64,000 nucleotides of DNA from Octopus bimaculoides (Eukaryota). Where the stretch lies: assembly GCF_001194135.2 (NCBI RefSeq), contig NC_068981.1, positions 19,083,150 to 19,147,149 of the forward strand, given 5' to 3'. The stretch's first letter is position 1. Each line of letters starts with the position of its first letter. Under the pieces are notes generated by a model. The model worked only from the letters and a program-made list of their open reading frames with translations, was not told where the DNA came from and made no database searches. A program made the translations under genes and the position numbers. Shown one piece after another: positions 54,941-64,000 of the stretch.

Positions 54941-55157
54941 CGAGGGTATGCTGAAAAGTTCCTGGTTTTAAAGGTGTCGCGAAAGGCCTGGTTGGTGGCC
55001 CTACCTTCCGCGTTCTTTTATAGGGCTTAGAAAAACTGAAGGAACGCTGCAATAAATGTGTGAATCTGAGAGGGGAATTAATTGAATAAAATCATAATTA
55101 ACTGATCCTCCTATATTTTCTTTTACCCAAATCCAGAAACTTCTCGGCACCTCTTTG
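54941..55157 (+). mobile_element. mariner-derived MITE (217 bp)
   Basis: TA-CGAGGGTATGCTGAAAAGTTCCTGG ... CCAGAAACTTCTCGGCACCTCTTTG-TA. The interior retains the transposase C-terminus GLEKLKERCNKCVNLRGE. Confidence 0.85.
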
Positions 55158-55184
55158 TATGTATGTCTACAAGTCTATTGTGAG

Positions 55185-56760
55185 TGCGCGAGCCACAGAG
55201 CATACCACTTCCTTCCCCAAATCCACAAGCCCGACAACCCTGGCCACCCTATCACCTCCGCCTGTAACTGCTCCACGGAATTGATCTCAAAATACCTCGA
55301 CCGTGTTCTTGCCCCGCTAGTGGCTTCCCTCCCCTCCTATATCCATGACACTAACCATGCTCTCCGTCTCTTCAACTCTTTCTCCTGGCCCCTCTAAACT
55401 TCTCTTCACTCTCGATATCAAGAGTCTATATACGGAGATCCCACATAACGAAAGACTTCTTGCCCTCAAACACTTCCTAGACTTTCGACCTAACCCCCAA
55501 CCTGACACGTCCACACTTCTTCGTCTGGCCGAACTTGTTCTTTCCCTCAATTGCTTCTTGTTCGCTGGGGAGGTTTACCATTAGGTCACGGGAGTGGTCA
55601 TGGTAATGAGAATGGGCCCCAACTATGCGAACCTGTTCGTTCGATACGTTGAGGCCCAAATATTTTCACGATTCACTGGTCCTACTCCCGAACTATACGG
55701 TCGTTATATTGATGATTGTATCGGTACGACCTCACTCCGCCGTGAACAACTAGACTCCTTCCTCTCTTTTGTCCAATCCTTCCATCCTGCCCTCGAATTC
55801 TCCTGCACTATTTCCAACACTTCCGTCGCAATTATTGACATTTCTGTCAACTCACACAACTCCGCTCTCACTATCTCCATCCACTACAAACACACCGACT
55901 CACATTCATTCCTTAACTTCTCCTCCCACCCTACCTACATCAAGCTCTCCATCCCCTACTCCCAATTCCTCCGTCTGTGCAGGCTCTGGAATCACAACCA
56001 TCACTTCGAGACTTAGTCTCAACTCATGGCTCACCACTTCATCCTTCGTGGATATCCCCTCACCACTATCCACACTGCCTTTGCCAGGGCATGATCCTTG
56101 GACCGTGCCTCTACTCTTTCTCCCTGCACCTGCCCCGCAGTTGCCCGTTTCCCGTTTCCCTTAACTTACCACCCCTCCACCCTGTCCCTTCAACACACCA
56201 TTCCCTAAACCTTCCGGCGACTCCAGTCCGACCCCTCCACTTCACACATCTTTCCCAACCTACTCCTTCCCTCCTTCAAATGCGCCCACAACCTGCATGA
56301 CCTCCTGGTCAACAGTTTCTTCCCTAATCCCACCTCCCAGCCTGGCTCGTTCCCCTGCGCCTGCCCACGCTGCCACACTTGCCTCTACCTCTCCAACGCC
56401 ACCATCTTCACAAGCAGTCATCATTGTCCCTATCATATCACCGACTCCTTTACCTACACTTCTAGCAACGTCATTTATTGCATCTCCTACTCTTTCTGCC
56501 CTTCTCTGTTCATCGGTCAAACGAGACGTCGCTTGGCTGACTGGTTTGTGGAGGACATCCGAGATATCAGACTCAGCAATGACACCCCGACCTCGCACCA
56601 TTTTCGCTGTACCGGTCATTCACTACAACACTTGTCTGTGTTCGGACTATCTTTGCACAGGGACATCCGGACTCCCGCCTTCGCCGTGAACAAGAATTAA
56701 TCTTCTCTCTTTGCTCCATTGCACCATATGAGCTCAACTCCTTCCTCTCTTCATCTGACT
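55185..56760 (+). mobile_element. Penelope-like element (Neptune-like): RT plus GIY-YIG endonuclease, decayed
   Basis: LPQIHKPDNPGHPI, TLDIKSLYTEIPH, MGPNYANLF, YGRYIDD, HP..IKLSIPYSQFLRL, CPRCHTC, NVIYCI..LFIGQTRRRL, with a few stops and frameshifts. Confidence 0.93.
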
Positions 56761-57696
56761 ACCCTCCTCTCTTCATCTGACATCTACTTCCTCTCTTCAC
56801 TCCTACCCACCTCTCTCTTCATTGATGCCCCTCCAGCCCCATCCCACCGCTACCCCACACCTTCACCTCACACCCAAATCCCCATCCCACCTCAGCCTCT
56901 ACCCCACATATCCCCACACCACCCCAAACTCACACACTACATCACACCAACNNNNNNNNNNNNNNNNNNNNNNNNNNNNNNNNNNNNNNNNNNNNNNNNN
57001 NNNNNNNNNNNNNNNNNNNNNNNNNNNNNNNNNNNNNNNNNNNNNNNNNNNNNNNNNNNNNNNNNNNNNNNNNNNNNNNNNNNNNNNNNNNNNNNNNNNN
57101 NNNNNNNNNNNNNNNNNNNNNNNNNNNNNNNNNNNNNNNNNNNNNNNNNNNNNNNNNNNNNNNNNNNNNNNNNNNNNNNNNNNNNNNNNNNNNNNNNNNN
57201 NNNNNNNNNNNNNNNNNNNNNNNNNNNNNNNNNNNNNNNNNNNNNNNNNNNNNNNNNNNNNNNNNNNNNNNNNNNNNNNNNNNNNNNNNNNNNNNNNNNN
57301 NNNNNNNNNNNNNNNNNNNNNNNNNNNNNNNNNNNNNNNNNNNNNNNNNNNNNNNNNNNNNNNNNNNNNNNNNNNNNNNNNNNNNNNNNNNNNNNNNNNN
57401 NNNNNNNNNNNNNNNNNNNNNNNNNNNNNNNNNNNNNNNNNNNNNNNNNNNNNNNNNNNNNNNNNNNNNNNNNNNNNNNNNNNNNNNNNNNNNNNNNNNN
57501 NNNNNNNNNNNNNNNNNNNNNNNNNNNNNNNNNNNNNNNNNNNNNNNNNNNNNNNNNNNNNNNNNNNNNNNNNNNNNNNNNNNNNNNNNNNNNNNNNNAT
57601 AACACTAGTGTAGCAATAATTGGGTACCCTCCCAGCAGTATACTGGATAGATACTATCCCTTAGTGGGTTGAACCCTCAACCCCTAAATCTCTCGC

Positions 57697-57732
<36 letters not shown>

Positions 57733-58198
57733 CTCATGGGATGGTAGAAAGACAAGGTGTTTTTAATGCAGCACTCATCCTGAGCTTTAGGATATCTACG
57801 CTGTGGGATTCCGAACTAACGTCGAAATTCTGCCGGTCTAGAAAATCCTGATTTCATGATGGCTGTGTGTGTTTAGGGAAAAGTGCAATATAATTCAAAT
57901 AAGAAAACAAATAAGGACTTTAACACATCTTTAATGATTTGTTATAATTGTTTCTGTATCAACTCTAAATGTTCCGAGTGAAATTTACGTAATATTTGCC
58001 GTTTTAAACATAAGAGGGGCACTTATTCAGACCTGCATCAAAAGTGCGCTCTTACACTGTGCCCATAGATTTTATATTTACACACGCGCGCGCACGCACA
58101 CATACACAGAAAGAGAAAGCGACAGAGAGCTAAATACACTAATCTTGATGTATGTCAATGTATACATGCTTATATATTAAGAATTATACATTCTATGT

Positions 58199-58583
58199 GG
58201 AGGCGCGATGGCCCAGTGGTTAGGGCAGCGGACTCGCGGTTATAGGATCGCGGTTTCGATTCCCAGACCGGGCGTTGTGAGTGTTTATTGAGCGAAAACA
58301 CCTAAAGCGCCACGAGGCTCCGGCAAGGGATGGAGGCGAACCCTGCTGTACTCTTTCACCACAACTTTCTCTCACTCTTACTTCCTGTTTCTGTTGTGCC
58401 TCTAATTCAAATGTCAGCTTTGTCACACTGTGTCAAGCTGAATATCCCCAAGAACTACGTTAAGGTTACACGTGTCTGTGGAGTGCTCAGCCACTTGCAC
58501 ATTAATTTCACGAGCAGGCTATTCCGTTGATCGGATCAACGGGAACCCTCGACGTCGTAAGCGACGGAGTGCCAACCACCACC
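58199..58583 (+). mobile_element. SINE family C with target-site duplication
   Basis: Full unit flanked by atacatt(c/t)tatgt. Confidence 0.92.
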
Positions 58584-58639
58584 ATACATTTTATGTTTGT
58601 TTTCTGGTGTGCGAGGTCCTGTTAGGAGTATTACTTCTA

Positions 58640-59357
58640 TAATTAATCGTCTATTTTTATGGTAATTCATTATAATGGTAAGCAGGTGTTGTCCACTTAT
58701 GTTTTCCTATCCCGTATTTTTTTGTACCGTATAATATAGTTGCTGCATGGCCAACATACCAGTTACAGTCATGAATTTAACAATTCCCATATGTGTCACC
58801 AAATTTCCAAATCACACTGGAAATAGAATTGTTTGTTTACAGGCTTGTAGGTTTGAGGTTCGTAATGAATAAATATATATTTTTGTTTAATCTTCATTCT
58901 TTTTTTCCGTCGTACTATATTAAAAATATTAATTTTTCGTCTGGTTTAATGCATTTGTATCTCCTGTTTTATGAGATTCTTTTTTTTTATAATGTGCTCA
59001 TCTGTTCAATATTTAATATGCATTTAATTCATATAATACATTTAATGTTTGGGTTTTATATTTTTAATAGGTGTGGTGCCTGATATGTCTGTCGGGGTGT
59101 ATATGTTCTCTTGTGTTCTTTTTTACTGCAGTTTATGCTGTTAGTTTTTTTACACTGTCTCTTGTTGATTAGTGTTCGTATTGGAATTTTTCACCGATTG
59201 AAACGATGTAAATGTGGTACAGAAAAAGGTCGCCAAAATACATGCTCATAAAAAACAACCCCATCTCTATAATTATAATAATATATAAATTTATACACAC
59301 ATGTAAGAAGAAGACCCACATATCAACACGCAAACATGAAATCATGCCCACACTCAC

Positions 59358-59388
<31 letters not shown>

Positions 59389-59531
59389 TACTTATATACA
59401 AACATGCATAATATACAAATATACACATACATCTCCACATATATACGTTACATTAATGTATAAATACGTACGTATATCCGTACATATATGTGTGCATATG
59501 TATGCATATGCGTTGCAGAATACTCCTACAG

Positions 59532-59565
<34 letters not shown>

Positions 59566-59652
59566 AGGGGGCTCATATATATATGTATATAAGTATATCT
59601 ATATTATATATATGTATGTATATATACATAATATATATGTTTATGTACGTAT

Positions 59653-59693
<41 letters not shown>

Positions 59694-60075
59694 TCATGTG
59701 CGTGTGTTACAAGTATTAGATATGGATATATTTTGTATTCGTCTGTATTTTATATTTTCGGCGTCATTTTTCTATACTGTATTATATTTAGAATCTTAAA
59801 AGCATTTAAACAGGTGATAACAGTAATTTGGACACTAAACAACAACGGGTTTTCTAAGAAACTAATAGCCTAAGCTATAGCCAGAAATGCTCCACAACAA
59901 ATATATCGGACACCACACCTATTAAAAATGCACAAAATACACAAACTACCCAGTATATTGTATGAATTAAATGCATATTAAATATTAAATATTAAATAGA
60001 TTAATGTAATATTTAAAAAAAATGAACTCGTAAAATAGAACATAAAATGCATTAAACCAACACTATTAAATCCAC
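58640..60075. mobile_element. Cluster of three decayed PLE fragments in mixed orientation
   Basis: Minus 58640-59190: YYMN*MHIKY*TDEHIIK..SVIWKF..C..WYVGH. Plus 59200-59340: WYRKRSPKYMLIKNNP..IYKF. Plus 59760-60075: LNNNGFSKKLIA. Segments 58930-59100 and 59895-60065 are inverted homologues. Confidence 0.6.
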
Positions 60076-60152
60076 ATTATGTATGTGTATATATATATAT
60101 ATATATCTCTATATATAGATATATGTATATTATATATATATGTTTATATACT

Positions 60153-60208
<56 letters not shown>

Positions 60209-60350
60209 TATATATTTATATGCACATAAAAAATTTCATCTATGGTTATAACAATATATAAATATCTACATATTCGTAAGAGATCGCACACAGAGAATCA
60301 GGGAGACAAAGAAAGAGAAAGTGATAGATAGATAGATAGATAGATAGATT

Positions 60351-60383
<33 letters not shown>

Positions 60384-60392
60384 GTAGGTAGG

Positions 60393-60454
<62 letters not shown>

Positions 60455-60459
60455 TGTAA

Positions 60460-61690
60460 TTGTTCTGTTATATTTCAAGATTTCTTGCCAATAGAGAAAG
60501 ACTTGGTTTCCTATCATTGGAATTTTAATATCAACAGGTTATTTTTTTTGTATTTATGTGTGCAGTATTTGGAATCGGTGCATGTGCAAATTTATAGGTT
60601 TTGCTTTATGTATATATTCCTATGCATATAGTTGTACTTCTAGACATGCGCATATATACTTAAATGCTAAACATCTGAAAAGTTTTACACATTTTCATAG
60701 TTCCATTGATGATTTAGATCTGTAATCTTCGAATCTGCTTTCTCCTTTCTGGGTTTTGAGAAAACTAATTTCTCAAGATTGGAGCTTAGGTATTTTATTA
60801 CATATCCCAGCACTCCAATAATTACAGGTATAAACCTGAACTTGTGAACTGAGTTGAGTAACTAGTTTTCTAAGGTGTTTTCTTTTTCGCTGACCTTTAG
60901 ATTCATGCTAAGATCAGCTGGACAGCTGATTTCTACTACTGTACAGAGTTTCTATTCTCTGTCCCAAATCACTATGTCAGGCCTGTTATGTTTACATTTC
61001 ATTGAGGTTTTCACTAGGACATTCCACCAGTATTCTTCTATAGTATAAGTGACCATGGCCTCTACTATACTGTGAGTTCTTATTTCTTTGGCCTCATTGT
61101 TATCCTTCAGGCGGATCTCATTATACAGTATCCTAACTACAACAACATGTCTGATCGGTAGATAATACTGCGATGACATTTTCGGACAACTGCTTATGAT
61201 GTGGGTAATATCTTCGGTGTTAACTCCACAAAGTCTACATTGGTTATCACATTTTCGTGTTTAACCTGCGTCTCTCTCTCTCTTTTTGTGCATCAGGTAT
61301 TTGGTTGACATTTCCTGTTCCTGTATTGCAAACGCATACCCTCCAATGTAGGAGTTTGTAACCTGGTTGTTGATCCATGATAGACTGCTTTGATTGTCAA
61401 TGTTACTATCATCCCAGAGCTTTCTATTATCATATCCAAACATGATCTTCTGCTGGTATACGATTATCCTTTCATCTGACGATTCTTTGCAGTAGAGTCG
61501 TGCAAATTTGGGTACGTATTCAAGGTTTTCCAACAAAGGCTTTTGCTCGAAGAGCTACTTTCCAAGTCTCATGATATTTTTGTGTCTCGGTCAAGAGATC
61601 GATTTTAAGCCTTTGCTTGTTTGTTTTCGTTTTGGATTGAGGCGGTCTACATTGCTGTTGATGTGAAAACTATTTGTGCGGTCGGCATTG
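60460..61690 (-). mobile_element. R4/Dong-like RLE retrotransposon, longest 3' fragment
   Basis: GGYAFAIQEQEMSTKY, CCHC knuckle CRLCGVNTEDITHIISSC, RH..V, KHNRPDIVIWDRE (RLE PD motif), then the 3' UTR. Confidence 0.92.
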
Positions 61691-61976
61691 ATAGAAAAAC
61701 TATATGTATGTATGCATATCTTTGAGTGTGCGCTGGGTAAATTTGACAGTTTGTACAAAAGCAAACACAATATCCAATCTGAAAATAAAAAAAGTTTTAA
61801 AAATCAAAACATAACTAGTATATGGATGGGAGGTAGCAGTTTACTCAAAGTAGCCACCCTCAGCTTCCACCACAGTCTCAAATCGGTTCCAGAACCTGAC
61901 GCAAGCGTTTCTCACTGTTCCTGGGAGNNNNNNNNNNNNNNNNNNNNNNNNNNNNNNNNNNNNNNATATATGTGTG

Positions 61977-62027
<51 letters not shown>

Positions 62028-62029
62028 AT

Positions 62030-62228
62030 GTGTGTGTATGTGTCTGTGTCTGTCCCCCCAACATCGCTTGACAACCGATGCTGGTGTGTTTACGTCCCCG
62101 TACCTTAGCGGTTAGAATAAGTACTAGGCTTACAAAGAATAAGTCTTGGGGTCGATTAGTTCGACTAAAAAGGCGGTGCTCCAGCATGGCCACAGTCAAA
62201 TGACTGAAACAAGTAAAAGAGTAAAAGA
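62030..62228 (+). mobile_element. SINE family A, 3' half
   Basis: ccccaacatcgcttgacaaccgatgctgg...gaaacaagtaaaagagtaaaagag. Confidence 0.9.
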
Positions 62229-62369
62229 GTATGTACGTATGTATGTATGCATATCTTTGAGTGTGCGCTGGGTAAATTTGACAGTTTGTACAAAAGCAAA
62301 CACAATATCCAATCTGAAAATAAAAAAAGTTTTAAAAATCAAAACATAACTAGTATATGGATGGGAGGT

Positions 62370-62880
62370 AGCAGTTTACTCAAAGTAGCCACCCTCAGCT
62401 TCCACCACAGTCTCAAATCGGTTCCAGAACCTGACGCAAGCGTTTCTCACTGTTCCTGGGAGATCTTCGAACACCGTGATCTTGGTTAGCTCAGCTTTGG
62501 TGTTGCAATCAGAGCGGTTGATGTCTTTCTCAACCGTGCCCCCAAAACAATAATCCATGGCATTACAATCGGGGTAATAAGGAGGCCAGAAATTGGAGCT
62601 GGTGAATTCATAGAAATTCTCCGATGACCACTTCTTTTTCTTTCCGAAGGCATGGAATCCTGCTGCAATATATATGTCCTTCCAGCAGCAACTCTCTTCT
62701 GCCAGGGATTGACTACAGTCTCCAGCAGCTTCGTCTGAATTGAGCCTAAGGCCCTGTTTAACGATGTGTAGTGGTATGACGTCACCCTTGCTAGAGACAC
62801 ATTCAAAGACTTCCACAGATGGAGGAAACTTAGCTTACGTGAAACGTGGCACATCACATGTATTGTACGCAAGCCACCTG
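62370..62880 (-). mobile_element. Tc1/maT-like transposase C-terminal fragment
   Basis: ILQQDS, FWPPYYPDCNAMDY, VRNACVRFWNRFETVVEAEGGYFE*. Confidence 0.85.
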
Positions 62881-63020
62881 CTACCCTGAGTGACGTGTAA
62901 CTGGACCTGGTTGTAGTTCTTTTGATCTAATAGGAATCAGATCACCCCCGGCTCAGTAAGGTGCCTCAACTTGTTCAGGAGCTTCTTTGACTTCGTCAAG
63001 CATTCCCCCTTGACCTTGGC

Positions 63021-63077
63021 TGTTAGAATTTGTCCCTTGTGGCTCTTGTACGAAGAACAAGGGACAAATGTCTAACA
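63021..63077. other. 57-nt near-perfect hairpin
   Basis: tgttagaatttgtcccttgt / acaagggacaaat(g)tctaaca form a 20-bp stem with a single 1-nt bulge, and there is an inner tctt/aaga stem. Confidence 0.8.
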
Positions 63078-63664
63078 TCTAGCTTTTGTTTTAGTTACCT
63101 CTTTCCTTCAATCTTTTCAAGTTGTCTCTAAGCTTTTATGGCTTTATCTACCGTAATAAGCTGCTGTCTGGCTGAAGCAATTCTACATCAACAGATCTGC
63201 TTTGGAACTCCGTTGTCCGACAATGTGTACCAGTGTTTCAGTCAACTGGATTACCTTAATTAATGTGTAAGTTGCTGAGCACTTCACAGATCTGTGTACC
63301 CTTAAGATGTACCCTTAAATTAAATCCCAGGCAGAATCACCATCACACAGTATGTGAAAAGCTGTCCTTCTTCAATAGCATGAACTGACAATTCTACTGT
63401 TAATAATTTAGTGTAAGATTTACCCCTATCTATACAAGTATAAATTACCATTTTTTATGTCAAACGTGAGTTAATCGTATTTAAAAAGATTATTTAGTAA
63501 AAACCACTATATACGTTATAAATTTATTGAATAAAACTAGTAAATATATATATAGATACACACACACACACACACNNNNNNNNNNNNNNNNNNNNNNNNN
63601 NNNNNNNNNNNNNNNNNNNNNNNNNNNNNNNNNNNNNNNNNNNNNNNNNNNNNNNNTATATAAG

Positions 63665-63845
63665 AACGCTAGCCACTACACATTCTTTGTTTTCTCTCCT
63701 TGTTTGATTCTGTGTTCCTTTCTGTGAAAAAGCGTAGGCTCAAAACGTTAAAGACTTTTTCACTTCCCGAGCGTTAAACTAATACATCTGTTTGTTGTCT
63801 ACACCACTTGTCTTCGTCTTTTGTTTTCCTGTAAATTTCAGCTAT
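63665..63845 (+). mobile_element. Short hammerhead-bearing repeat, copy 2
   Basis: ccttt-CTGTGAAAA-AGC-gtag-GCTC-AAAAC-GTT-aaaga; homologous to 39700-39870. Confidence 0.65.
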
Positions 63846-63850
63846 ATACA

Positions 63851-63885
<35 letters not shown>

Positions 63886-63896
63886 GTATATATATC

Positions 63897-64000
63897 AGGC
63901 GTGGCTGTATGGTAAGTAGCTTGCTTACCAACCACATGGTTCCGGGTTCAGTCCCACTGCGTGGCATCTTGGGCAAGTGATTTCTACTATAGCCTTGGGC
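63897..64000 (+). mobile_element. SINE family A head (runs off the window)
   Basis: aggcgtggctgtatggtaagtagcttgcttacc...gggttcagtcccactgcgtggc. Confidence 0.9.

Noticed and set aside
56260-56689. Alternative-frame and antisense ORFs over the PLE
   Set aside because: These are shadow frames of the PLE RT/endonuclease coding strand.

Overview
This is repeat-dense, AT-rich animal genomic DNA from a draft assembly. It has many N gaps (for example 4829-5610, 7354-7807, 18829-19404, 29300-29976, 51535-52120, 56952-57598), mostly bordered by (TA)n, (CA)n, (TATG)n or (GATA)n microsatellites. The SINE and microsatellite landscape is most consistent with an octopus or other coleoid cephalopod (inference). 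No complete host gene is evident, and nearly every long ORF in the supplied track is a microsatellite or N-gap artefact. The window contains three tRNA-headed SINE families in many copies; decayed mariner (DD34D), Tc1/maT-like and pogo/Tigger transposases; two Tc1/mariner MITEs; a decayed Ty3/gypsy gag-pol; and RTE and CR1/L2 LINE fragments. It also has four 3' fragments of an R4/Dong-like RLE LINE, several Penelope-like element (PLE) fragments and at least five degenerate type-I hammerhead-ribozyme-like motifs. The observations most worth follow-up are the apparent (TACA)n-microsatellite targeting by the R4/Dong-like LINE, the hammerhead-bearing short elements, a ~340-bp foldback hairpin, a 57-nt pre-miRNA-like hairpin, a recurrent SINE dimer and a candidate small spliced ORF at 23.2-24.4 kb. 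All calls come from manual reading; no database search was run.
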